The notes under the pieces: model-generated | Databases searched by the model: none | What the model was told of the DNA's origin: nothing | What the model saw: the letters and a program-made list of their open reading frames with translations, nothing else | Position numbers and translations under genes: made by a program | Assembly (NCBI GenBank): GCA_964016885.1 | Contig: OZ024756.1 | Coordinates: 15,810,001 to 15,874,000 of the forward strand | Reading direction: 5' to 3' | Source of the DNA: Eledone cirrhosa | Lineage: Eukaryota | DNA: 64,000 nt | Shown: positions 42,990 to 56,085 of the stretch, piece by piece | Layout: every line of letters begins with the position of its first letter | Numbering within the stretch: the stretch's first letter is position 1

Positions 42990-43500
42990 CTCTTTATCAA
43001 CCTCTCCCTTCTCTTCTGCCCCCACCCTGTCCTACCTCCCTTCTCTTCTGCTCCCACCCTGTCCCACCTCTCTTCTCTTCTTCCCCCACCCTGTCCCCCC
43101 TCCCTTCTCTTCTGCTCCCACCCTGTCCCACCTCTCTTCTCTTCTGCCCCCACCCTGTCCTACCTCTCTTCTCTTCTGCTCCCACCCTGTCCTACCTCTC
43201 TTCTCTTCTGCTCCCACCCTGTCCTACCTCTCTTCTCTTCTGCTCCCACCCTGGCCCACCTCCCTTCTCTTCTGCTCTTCTGCTCCCACCCTGGCCCACC
43301 TCTCTCCTCTTTGCCCCCACCCTGGACTATCAACCTTTCCCCTCTCTTCGCCCCCACCCTGTCCTATCCCCCTTCTTCGCCTCCACCCTGGTCTATCTCC
43401 CCCTCTTTGCCCCCACCCTGGCCTATCAACCTCTCCCTCATCTTCACCCCCCTGTCCTACCTCCCCCTCTTCGCCCCCCACTCTGGCCCATCCACCCTCA
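42990..43500. repeat. Pyrimidine-rich ~31-bp minisatellite
   Basis: ctcttctcttctgctcccaccctgtcctac repeats. Confidence 0.85.
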
Positions 43501-44410
43501 CACCTCTTTATTCCTCCCCCTCCCTAACAGGCCAAAATATTCTATTAACAGAAGCAGACAGAATCATAGAAACTGACTTTATTGATTTGTGTGTGTGTGT
43601 GTGTGTGTGTGTGATCTTTTCATTTGAAAAGATTTGATATATTTGTGTGTGGGTGTATATGTAAATACGTGTGTGTGTGTATATATACACGTGTGTGTGT
43701 GTGTGTATATATACACATAATTTTTTGTTTGTATTTTTTTAGTGAATTAGGACATTTACCAGAATCAAGATGTGTGTGTGTATGTCTATATATATATATG
43801 TGTGTGTGTATATATGTATGTGTGTCTGTATTTGTCTGTAAATGCGTGTGCACGTGTATATGTATGTCTATATATATGTATATGCGTGTCTGTGTGTATG
43901 TATGTTTATATATGTGTGTGTCTGTGTTTATGTCTGTAAATGCATGTGCACGTGTATATGTATGTCTATATATATGTATGTGTGTCTGTATGTATGCCTG
44001 TGTGTATGTGTGTCTGTGTTTGTCTGTAAATGCGTGTGCACGTGTATATGTATGTCTATATATATGTATATGCTTGTCTGTATGTATGTCTATATATGTG
44101 TGCCTGTGTTTGTCTAAATGCGTGTGCACGTGTATATGTATGTCTATGTATGTGTGTCTGTGTATGTATGTATGCCTGTGTGTATGTATATATGTGTGTG
44201 TATATATGTATGTGTGTCTATTTGTCTGTAAATGCGTGTGCATGTGTATATGTATGTCTATATATATGTATATGCGTGTCTGTGTATGTATGTCTATATA
44301 TATATGTGTGTATATATGTATGTGTGTCTGTTTATGTCTGTAAATGCGTGTGCACGTGTATATGTATGTCTATATATATATGTCTGTGTGTATGTATGTA
44401 TGTATGCCTG

Positions 44411-44457
<47 letters not shown>

Positions 44458-44578
44458 GTATGTGTGTATAGATTTTTGGTTATACTAGTTTTCTTTTTCT
44501 TTTAATAATTTGTTGTATCTATTTTTAGTAGAGTTTGTGTTAGTTGTACATGGTGCAGGTGTTGTTAGAAATGCACAC

Positions 44579-44700
44579 CTGCCCTGCATCATATCTCTGC
44601 CAGTTGTGCATGCATGTGTGCACATTAAGACTGCTAAATACTGCACTTTGCCAATAGACTTTCCAGCGATCAATTTGAGCTTCCAGTGAAGTTGTTTTAG
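44579..44700 (-). other. Candidate exon of an unidentified antisense or nested transcript
   Basis: Acceptor tctcttcttag|, 122 nt open in two frames, donor CAG|GTGTGC; unique sequence; no homology recognised. Confidence 0.3.
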
Positions 44701-47434
44701 CTAAGAAGAGACATTAACCTCTTTTACACCAAACTGCTTGGAACTGTCCCCGATTCTGTGATACCAACCTACCTTAAACCACCCCTGGTTCCATGATATA
44801 CAGAACTTTGTTTTAACCCTTTAGCGTTTACATTACTGGAGGCACATGGCTTAGTGGTTAGAGCATTGGCCTTGCAATCGAAAGGTTGGGAGTTCAATTC
44901 TCAGACCGGGTGATGTGTTGTTTCCTTGAGCAAGACACTTTATTTCACATTGCTCCAGTTTACTCAGCTGTAAAAATGAGATGATAGGGACTGGGGTCCA
45001 TATCATTCAACTGCAAAGTGGTCGTGGAGGTGCCACGGCAAAAAAAGCACCCAGCACTCACTGTAAATGAGGTTGGTGTTAGGAAGGGCATCCAGCTGTA
45101 GAAAACAAGCCAGAATCAGTTCCCGTCCCACCCTTGCAAGCAGGGAAATGCGGACGTAAAATGATGATGATGATGATGATTACTCTATATATACTATTGT
45201 ATTTTCATGGTAAAGGCTTTACCTCACATAATATCTCGCATAACATTTACATGATATTTATTTTGAGAGCAATACCCTAACGTTGGTATGAGTGACCGGT
45301 TACAGCCAGTTTAACCCTTTAGCATTTAAACTGGCTGTAACCGGTCAGTCACTCGACTGATGTTAAAGTATTGTTCTCAAAATAAATAATATCAAAATCT
45401 CATAGATTCGATATTATGTGAGGTAAAGCCTTTACCTCAAATATACCTATAATATATATAGGGTAGTGTAAATGCTAAAGGGTTAACCCTTTAATGTTCA
45501 AACCGGCCAGAATTCTCTACCTCTTTCTGTTCAAACTGGCTGTAACTGGTCGCTCAAACTGATGTTAAGGTATTCTCAAAATAAATACTTTCAAAATCTC
45601 ATAGATTCGATATTATGTGAGGTAAAGCACATCATCATCATCATACGTGTAGGTGTCACGACAAAAAAACACACAGTTCACGCTGTAATGTGGCCGTGTA
45701 GGTAACACGGTAAAAACCTCCCAGTCCACACTGTAAACGTGGTTGGTGTTAGGAAGGGCATCCAGCCGTAGAAAACCCGCCAGACAGTCCTATACGAGCA
45801 GGACAACCAATCTTGCCTCAAGTGGGAAAACTCCCATCCAAACCCATGCTAGCGTGGAAGATGGACGTTAAACGATGATGATGATGATGACGATGATGAA
45901 AGCCTTTACCGTGAAAATATAGTAGTATATATAGAGTAATGTGAATGCTAAAGGGTTAAACCACCCCTGGTTCTATGATATACAGAACTTTGTTTTAACC
46001 CATTTTTAGCTTTTGCATTACTCTATATTTACTATTGTATTTTTGCACTAAAGGCTTTACCTCACATAATTATCTTACATAATATCGAATCTGTGAGATT
46101 TTGATATTATTTATTTTGAGAACAATGTCGGTATGAGTGAGCAGTTACAGCCAGTTTAAATGGAGAGAAGTGAGCGAATTCAGGCTAGTTAGGACCAGCT
46201 TAAATGCTGTAGGGTTAAAGTATTTATATTTATCTAAAAGCCTTCCATAATTCTATGAAAGAAATTTTGTTCCAAACATCAACTTAATAATGAGAAAGTT
46301 ACTTATATTACTAAATCACACCAAATTCTTTATTTTCGAAATTTAAAAATCATGGGCAGTGTCTTTCATTAGGAATATGATGGTAAAAGTATATAGCATA
46401 TGTAATTGTGCATATATATAGTATAATTAAAATTTCATACATTTAACATGTGTGCCTAACCTTAGGTTTCAAGGTCCAGTTATGGCCACCGCTGTATAGT
46501 GGAGGCGCTGTTCTAATACTACGGAAATCCTGCATAGATAAAGGTGTGTGTCTGTGTATATATATATATATCATCTTTTAACCCTTTATCATTCACATTA
46601 CTCTATATTTACTATTGTATTTTCACAGGAAAGGCTTTATCTCACATAATATTGAATCTATGAGATTTTCATGTTATTTATTTTGAGAACATATTCTTAA
46701 CTTAAGTATGAGCAACTGGTTATGGCCAGTTTGAACAGAATGAGGTGAGAGAATTCTGGTCGGATACGGCTAAACTTAAGCCCAAAATCTCGAGGGGCAA
46801 GAGAATATAAGCTAGATAAACTAAAATCAGTCAATTTCACTCATTTTTTTAAGATGTCTAAGCAGTTTCTGGAATTATTCCTGAAGATGGAATAGTCATC
46901 CAATGTTGGTTGTCTTAATTTATTGAGTTAATTAGTATTATTTCTAACTTATATACCCACCAATCGAAATCTTGCCGTAACAAGGTAAAACAAGGCCAAC
47001 TCGGCTGCAGTTGCCTCCTGGGGTGGACGACCCATCTAATCCAGTCACACATGGAAAAATGGATGCTAAAGGGTGATGATGATGGTATATATATATATAT
47101 ATATATACAGAAGACCCGATTTCCCACAGGAACAAGTCGAAGCATATAGACAATATGCCCCCCTCCCCTCCCACTGCAAAGTGGTCGTGGAGGTGTCACT
47201 ACAAAAAAGCACCCAGCCCACACTGTAAAGTGGGCATGTAGGCGCCACGGAAAAAAAGCACCCAGCACCCCACTGTAAATGAGGTTGGTGTTAGGAAGGG
47301 CATCCAGCTGTAGAAATCAAGCCAGAATCAGTTCCTGTATGAGCAAGACAAGGTCACCCGACCTAACATTCCCCACAGCAGGACAACCCGCCTAACCCAT
47401 GCCAGTGTGGAAGAATGGACGTAAAACGGTGATG

Positions 47435-47484
<50 letters not shown>

Positions 47485-47749
47485 CTTGGTCATTTTAAAG
47501 CTGGCAGAGCCCATCCCCTCATCAGGTCTGAACACAACTGATTTCTTCTAGAGAGTTAGAACCATACATATGTACACACACACACACACACACACGTGTG
47601 AGTGTGTGTATATATATATATATATATATGTGTGCATATGCACACACACACACGTGTGAGTGTGTGTATATATATATATATATATATGTGTGCATATGCA
47701 CACACACACATGTGTCAGGTGTGGAGAGAATGTTTTATAACTGTCAGTG

Positions 47750-47788
<39 letters not shown>

Positions 47789-48334
47789 AAATAATAAAGC
47801 CACCCAACACCCTGCTAAGACACATGATGTGTAGGTAGCAGGGTAGCAGGGTTTCCGCTGGTCTGGTTTGGACATCTGTAGGTTTTGTGCTGTGAACGAC
47901 AAACAAATGTAAAGAAAAAAACCACATTTTGTTGCTTGATTAAAATATAAATAAAATAATAAAAGCCAAAGAAATAAACAGGCCTGTCAGGTCAGCTGAT
48001 TGTCTTAGTTGTTAGACTGGGCAACAAGCCAAACTGATTTCTCTTGTGAGTGGTGGGGGCCATGGAGGGAGGTAGAGGAGCAAGTTAGGTGAAGTAGTAA
48101 AATAATAGAAAGGCAATCCCTAGTATGCTGGAATAATAATAATTGTTTCTACTTTAGGCACAAGGCCAGAAAATACCCAGTGTATTACTGGTACTTTATT
48201 TTATCGACCCCGTAAGGATGAAAGGCAAAGTCAACCTCGGCGGGATTTGAACTCAGATCGTAAAGGGACGTAACTATGCTGCAAAGCATGGCGTCCGACC
48301 CTCTACCGATACTGCCAATCCACTAATGATTTCA

Positions 48335-49065
48335 TATATTAGCCACAAAGGCTGACATGTAGGGGACAATACAAAGATGAATAGTGGGGGTTTACAATAA
48401 GGTCGAGTATAGTGCACAATGGCAAGACTAATTTAACAATGAAGATATAAAAATATAAAATAAACTATGCATAAATATAACAAAATAAATTCCCCTATAG
48501 GGGGTGGACGACCCAGGGGTGACTCAGGTACCCCACCAATCCTGAACCACCCTGCGCTTCTAGGGCACCCAGGGAGAGCACGCCTCTCCTCAAGTTAGCT
48601 AGCCTATAGGCGCATGGTCAGAGTAGGCCCATTCACACGGACCATTCTCGCCACATTCATCCACCTTTTAGCAAATGTACTGGGGGGCAGCACTTCTCTC
48701 TCCACCCTCACCTTCCTTTCCAGGTGAAACTTGAAGAAGTTGATGAGGCATTGGCCGAAGAGAAAAATATGTCTTCAGTCCTTTCAACCTGGTCCACCAT
48801 ATAACCTCTTTCGCAACGGCCACCAGACAGAGGAAAATTGCCTGCTCTTCCTGACCTAAGGAAGGCAGCGGGTCGATCTTCACTATGGACTCGGCCGATA
48901 ACCGGATCCGTTCCACACGCGGCTGTAGCTGTTCGACATAACTCCACAAGTCAGTAATGCACGGACATCGGACAAGTGTGTGCAGAACGGTTTCGTTTCG
49001 TCGCTCTGTGCACATCTTGGGCAGGTCTGTCTGACAGCACTTCCGTGCCTGTAGAGTTTATCCCG
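48335..49065 (-). mobile_element. Tx1/L1-like LINE 3' fragment
   Basis: ETVLHTLVRCPCITDLWSYVE, homologous to ORF 379-753; a related + strand 3' UTR lies at 57745-58045. Confidence 0.7.
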
Positions 49066-49984
49066 AATCGGCAGTGCCCCCCCTCCCCCCCCCCCCTTCT
49101 CGTAGCACTGCCAAGAGAGGGATTTCTGGAAATTGTCTATTGCCGATTAAATCGACTTTCCCCAATGCATTACTGGTACTTTATTTTATCGACCCCCGTA
49201 AGGATGAGAGGCAAAGCTAACCTCAGCGGGATTTGAACCCACAATGTAAAGGGCCGTAACTCACTCAATGTCTCGAAGCAGGGGGTGTCCGACGCTCTAC
49301 CGATAGTTGTTTCTGATATAGGCACAAGGTCAGCAATTTAGAGTCGGAATATTACATTTTAAGTTCAAATCCTACTGAGGTTAGCCTTGCCTTTCATCCC
49401 TACAGTCAATAAAATAAAGTACCAGTAATGTACTGGAGTTAATTTAATCAATTTTCCCTTTGCCCCAAATTGTTGACCTTATGCCGATAACTGTTATTAT
49501 TATAATTAAGGGTAAAATAAAGTACCAGTAATGCACTGGGGTAATTGCTGGCCTTGTGCCTAAAGTAGAAACAATTATTATAATTAAGGGTGGATTGTTA
49601 GAACCGGTAAAGCATCAGACATGCTTTGCGGTATAGTTACGGCCCTTTATGTCCTGGGTTCAAATCCCGCCAAAGTTAGCTTTGCCTTTCATCCTTACGG
49701 GGTTGATAAAATAAAGTACCAGTAATGCACTGTAGTCGATTTAATTAACTTTTCCCTCCCCTGCAAATTGCTGGCTTTATGCCTATAATAGAATCAATTA
49801 TTAAGGGTGGAAGATTCAAAGAATGGTTTGAGCCAGACATTCAGTTATGAGCCTTTGTGTTGTCAGTTCAAATCTCTCCAACATCAATTTTTCCTTTTGT
49901 TTTTCTGGGGCCTAATACTATCAGATTAATTAGCTGTATGGTGCCAAAATATTTTATCTCTTCTATAGTCTCTTTCTCTCGCTA

Positions 49985-50050
<66 letters not shown>

Positions 50051-50349
50051 AAAGGTAACCTTTCACCCCTGTATGGGTGGATGGGTGTGAAAGATATAGT
50101 CAATGATGATACAATCATACAACAAAAAGCATATATAATTGAGTGTGTGTGTGTGTACACACACACACTCACATAATCATATATACTTTTATGAGAAACC
50201 AACATCAGTATTAACTCCCAAAAGATTTCATTAAAGTAATTCATTATAAATTAATTTTACCCCAAAATACCACTACATGTCCTTGGAACAATAGCCATTT
50301 TCCACCCCTCTTTTTTGAAACATTGAATGCTTCTTTTTTTTTCTTCTTT

Positions 50350-50915
50350 GCTCACTTATTCGTGAGAGGGTTGTAGGGGCATAGCTCTCAAACTTTACTT
50401 CCAGTGGATCCTCTCAGAAACAACCTTCACCAATTGATCCAGCTAGATCCCCAAACGAGACCAGTCGAGCTCATGGATGTTATCCAACCACCTTGTTTGG
50501 GGTCTATCCTTGGATCTTGCTGTTTGATCTTGTTTGTAAAATATATCCAGGGATTCTTTCCCGAGACATTCTAACCACATGCCCATAGTATCGGAGCTGT
50601 GATATTTCAATTCGGAGAAGTAGCAGCTCTACCTGGGGTGACTCCCTGATCTCTGAGCTACAGATCTGTCCAGCAATTCTCTCCTGAGACATTCTAACCA
50701 TATATCCATAGTATTGGAGTTGTGATCTCTCAATTCAGAGAAGTAGCGGCTCTACCTGGGGTGACTCCCTGATCTCTGAGCTACAGATCTGTCCAGCAAT
50801 TCTCTCCTGAGACATTCTAACCATATATCTATAGTATTGGAGTTGTGATCTCTCAATTCAGAGAAGTAGTGGCTCTACCTGGAGTGACTCTCTGAGCTAT
50901 GCACTCTATTGTGAT
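50350..50915 (-). mobile_element. RTE-like LINE 3' fragment with a 123-bp internal tandem triplication; related fragment at 36925-37255
   Basis: IEISQLRYYGHVVRMS; repeats start at 50563, 50686 and 50809. Confidence 0.7.
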
Positions 50916-52113
50916 GATCAGAAACATAGATTGAAGATTATTAAATACATTTGCTTCAACTTAGACTTGCCTGTGTGTCCACCCCAGGATGGATTTAGCC
51001 AGATATAACCAAGAACATGATGAATCCACAATATTGAAAGGGGCAAAATTGTCCTTGGCAGGATTTGAACTCGGGATATAAAGAGCCGTAACTTAACTAG
51101 ATATTTTGTCTCTCTCAGGGTTCCACCATAATCTCTCTCTCTCTCTCCCCACTGCCTTTTCCTTGTCAACCACAACTCTCAGATCATTTAGGTCTATGGT
51201 GCCAAAATGTCTCTTGGTTGTCTTTCTCTCTTTTTCTCCTTGTTACATCTTTAAAGGAAGTTGTTGAAATATAAAGTTTAAGTAGATCAGACAGACATAT
51301 TTTCTCATGGTGTAGGGCATGGTAGGATTGATGGGGAGTGGGGAAAACTACTCTCAAGTCTTTCATACACTTTGTATTTTATTTTATATATATATATTTT
51401 AATGTCTCCCCCCCTCTCCCTCCCTCCCTCGACTCCTCCTCCTCCCTCCCTCCCTCGACTCCTCCTCCTCCCTTTCTCACCATTCCCACCCTCTCTCTCC
51501 CTTGTTCTCCGTCATCTTTCCTCTCCCTCCCTCAACTTCTTCCCCTCTCTTGTTTCAGGCCATTATGAATTATTTCATACAAATGTCAATAGAATATGAA
51601 AAAAAAAAACAAAACAAAATAATTAAAATGCTTTTTAATAAGAAAATTAGGAAAATAGCCCCCCCCCCCCCCCACGTGCACAAAAACAATCCATTTCTAA
51701 GGAATGGAGACTCAGAATTATGCCACTTGTTAAAGAAAATATTTTATAATGAACCATTGTGGAATTACTATCACTTTCCTGATACCAATCTATCTGGAAC
51801 TATCTCTGGATCTTCTATACCAAAACTGTTTTAAAATGTTTCATCAGCATCAGTTCCTTGACGTCTGTAGTATCCTAATGTAGACTCAAAATAGTCTATC
51901 AATGGCGGCCGTCAACAAATCTGGTGTTGTCATACGTGTCCATTCTTTGACATCGTCCAACCAGTCTTTGCGTTGGCGTCCTCTCCTACATCCACCCTCA
52001 ATGTGCCTTGTTTATAATTATCTAAAAGATCTTTCTGTCATAATTTATATGAAAGACCTTTTATGTTCCAAATACCAACTTAATAAGTTAGTTGTTTCAT
52101 GAAATAGTAGTTT

Positions 52114-53184
52114 TAGAAATGTGGTAATGAAAGGGTTAATGACATAGGCAGTGTCTTTCATTAGAAATGTGGTAATGAAAGGGTTAATGACATAGGCAGT
52201 GTCTTTCATTAGAAATGTGGTAATGAAAGGGTTAATGACATAGGTAGTGTCTTTCATTAGAAATATGGTAATGAAAGGGTTAATGACATAGGCAGTGTCT
52301 TTCATTAGAAATGTGGTAATGAAAGGGTTAATGACATAGGCAGTGTCTTTCATTAGAAATGTGGTAATGAAAGGGTTAATGACATAGGTAGTGTCTTTCA
52401 TTAGAAATGTGGTAATGAAAGGGTTAATGACATAGGCAGTGTCTTTCATTAGAAATGTGGTAATGAAAGGGTTAATGACATAGGCAGTGTCTTTCATTAG
52501 AAATGTGGTAATGAAAGGGTTAATGACATAGGCAGTGTCTTTCATTAGAAATGTGGTAATGAAAGGGTTAATGACATAGGTAGTGTCTTTCATTAGAAAT
52601 ATGGTAATGAAAGGGTTAATGACATAGACAGTGTCTTTCATTAGAAATATGGTAATGAAAGGGTTAATGACATAGGCAGTGTCTTTCATTAGAAATATGC
52701 TAATGAAGAGGTTAACGACATAGGCAGTGTCTTTCATTAGAAATATGGTAATGAAGAGGTTAACGACATAGGCAGTGTCTTTCATTAGAAATATGGTAAT
52801 GAAGAGGTTAACGACATTGGCAGTGTCTCTCATTAGAAATATGGTAATGAAAGGGTTAACGACATAGACAATGTCTTTCATTAGAAATATGGTAATGAAA
52901 GGGTTAATGACATAGGCAGTGTCTTTCATTAGAAATATGGTAATGAAAGGGTTAACGACATAGGCAGTGTCTTTCATTAGAAATATGGTGATGAAAGGGT
53001 TAACGACATAGGCAGTGTCTTTCATTAGAAATATGGTAATGAAAGGGTTAACGACATAGGCAGTGTCTTTCATTAGAAATATGGTCATGAAAGGGTTAAT
53101 GAAATAGACAGTGTCTTTCATTAGAAATATGGTAATGAAAGGGTTAACGACATAGACAGTGTCTTTCAGTAAAAGAAAGGTTAA
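52114..53184. repeat. 48-bp tandem array (~22 copies) made from a piggyBac-like MITE terminus
   Basis: Unit gacataggcagtgtctttcattagaaatgtggtaatgaaagggttaat ends in AAAGGG|TTAA; related single copies at 6722-6890 and 46260-46390. Confidence 0.9.
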
Positions 53185-53289
53185 ATACAACTAGTTTAGA
53201 CAACCTGTTTGTTGGTTCTTGTTGCTGCCTATGGTTACTATATATATACACACACACATATATATATATATGTACATACACACTCATAC

Positions 53290-53337
<48 letters not shown>

Positions 53338-53454
53338 GTACATACTCGTACACATACATACTCTGTCACACATATACATACTCTTACTCATACACACGTT
53401 CTCTGCTCAAGGTTAACTTGATTACATGTACAACTCACTGTTGCCAGCAGAGGG

Positions 53455-53895
53455 GGCTGGTGTGACGTTGGGTGGACTGGTGTGATGTTGGATGGACTGG
53501 TGTGACATTGAATGGACTAGTGTGACGTTGGATGGACTGGTGTGACGTTGGATTGACTGGCGTGACGTTGGGTGGACTGGTGTGACGTTGGGTGGACTGG
53601 TGTGACGTTGGGTGGACTGGTGTGACGTTGGGTGGACTGGTGTGACGTTGGGTGGACTGGTGTGACGTTGGATGGACTGGTGTGACGTTGGATTGACTGG
53701 CGTGACGTTGGGTGGACTGGCGTGGCTTTGGGTGGACTGGCGTGACGTTGGGTGGACTGGCGTGACGTTGGATGGACTGGTGTAACATTGGATTGACTGG
53801 TGTGACGTTGGGTGGACTGGTGTGACGTTGGATGGACTAGTTTGACGTTGGATGGACTGGTTTGACGTTGGGTGGACTGGTGTGACGTTGGGTGT
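53455..53895. repeat. 20-bp minisatellite (tgtgacgttgggtggactgg), about 22 copies
   Basis: Direct periodicity. Confidence 0.95.
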
Positions 53896-54109
53896 AACTT
53901 GTGACCTTAGGATTGTTAACCAAACGCCCTAACCACTAAGCCACGTCACTTCACACATGTATGCACATACACACACTTGTATGAATACACAATGTATGCA
54001 CTTACACATGCATACATCCATGTGCACACACATACATATTAAATATATGTGAATGGACTTTCACTAGAATTTGGTTTTAAAATCAACCTATATTCTTGAC
54101 ACTCTGAAC

Positions 54110-54140
<31 letters not shown>

Positions 54141-54295
54141 ACGCACGCGCGCACACACGCGTGTGTGTGTGTGTGGCTGTGCAATACATACATATTTTAT
54201 CTATCTAATGACTTTGCTAACCTTTCTCACTTCTTGCCAAAACTGAACAGAAATCATTTTAATACTTTCTGTCTTTTGTTGTTGTTACATTCAAT

Positions 54296-54344
<49 letters not shown>

Positions 54345-54439
54345 AGCATACACACACACACACAGGTACTCTTAAACGCTTACACATAGCGCCTCACCAC
54401 ACACTGGAACAAGCACTCACACATACAGACTGGCACACA

Positions 54440-55852
54440 CACTTACAGGTAGTCTTAAACACATACACAGTGCCTCACAACACACACACACACTCCCAAA
54501 CACACACACGCACAGACATACAGGTAGTCTTAAACACATACACAACACTTCACGACACAAACAAGTACACTCCCAAACACACACACACAGGTAGTCTTAA
54601 ACACATACACAGTGCCTCACAACACACACATACAGATAGTCTTAAACACATACACAACACTTCACGACACAAACAAGTACACTCCCAAACACACACACGC
54701 AGGTAGTCTTAAACACATACACAGCGCCTCACAACACACACATACAGGTAGTCTTAAACACATACACAACACTTCACGACACAAACAAGTACACTCCCAA
54801 ACACACACACACAGGTAGTCTTAAACACATACACAGCGCCTCACAACACACACATACAGGTAGTCTTAAACACATACACAACACTTCACGACACAAACAA
54901 GTACACTCCCAAACACACACACACAGGTAGTCTTAAACACATACACAGCGCCTCACAACACACACATACAGGTAGTCTTAAACACATACACAACACTTCA
55001 CGACACAAACAAGTACACTCCCAAACACACACACACAGGTAGTCTTAAACACATACACAGTGCCTCACAACACACACATACAGGTAGTCTTAAACACATA
55101 CACAACACTTCACGACACAAACAAGTACACTCCCAAACACACACACACAGGTAGTCTTAAACACATACACAGTGCCTCACAACACACACATACAGGTAGT
55201 CTTAAACACATACACAACACTTCACGACACAAACAAGTACACTCCCAAACACACACACACAGGTAGTCTTAAACACATACACAGCGCCTCACAACACACA
55301 CATACAGGTAGTCTTAAACACATACACAACACTTCACGACACAAACAAGTACACTCCCAAACACACACACACAGGTAGTCTTAAACACATACACAGTGCC
55401 TCACAACACACACATACAGGTAGTCTTAAACACATACACAACACTTCACGACACAAACAAGTACACTCCCAAACACACACACACAGGTAGTCTTAAACAC
55501 ATACACAGCGCCTCACAACACACACATACAGATAGTCTTAAACACATACACAACACTTCACGACACAAACAAGTACACTCCCAAACACACACACACAGGT
55601 AGTCTTAAACACATACACAGCGCCTCACAACACACACATACAGATAGTCTTAAACACATACACAACACTTCACGACACAAACAAGTACACTCCCAAACAC
55701 ACACACACAGGTAGTCTTAAACACATACACAGTGCCTCACAACACACACATACAGATAGTCTTAAACACATACACAACACTTCACGACACAAACAAGTAC
55801 ACTCCCAAACACACACACACAGGTAGTCTTAAACACATCCACAGCGCCTCAC

Positions 55853-55914
<62 letters not shown>

Positions 55915-56029
55915 GGTAGTCTTAAACACATACACAACACTTCACGACACAAACAAGAAGTACACTCCCAGACACACACACAGGTAGTCTTAAACACATA
56001 CACAACGCCTCACAACACACACACACTCC

Positions 56030-56030
<1 letters not shown>
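54440..56030. repeat. 112-bp CA-rich minisatellite with two subunits, about 13 copies
   Basis: caggtagtcttaaacacatacaca occurs twice per unit; repeated identical ORFs lie 112 bp apart. Confidence 0.95.

Positions 56031-56085
<55 letters not shown>

Noticed and set aside
46875-46920. CTGAAGA-containing motif, and a similar one near 35790
   Set aside because: GAAA is absent.
52045-53190. 381-aa repeat ORF
   Set aside because: A by-product of the 48-bp array derived from a MITE end.
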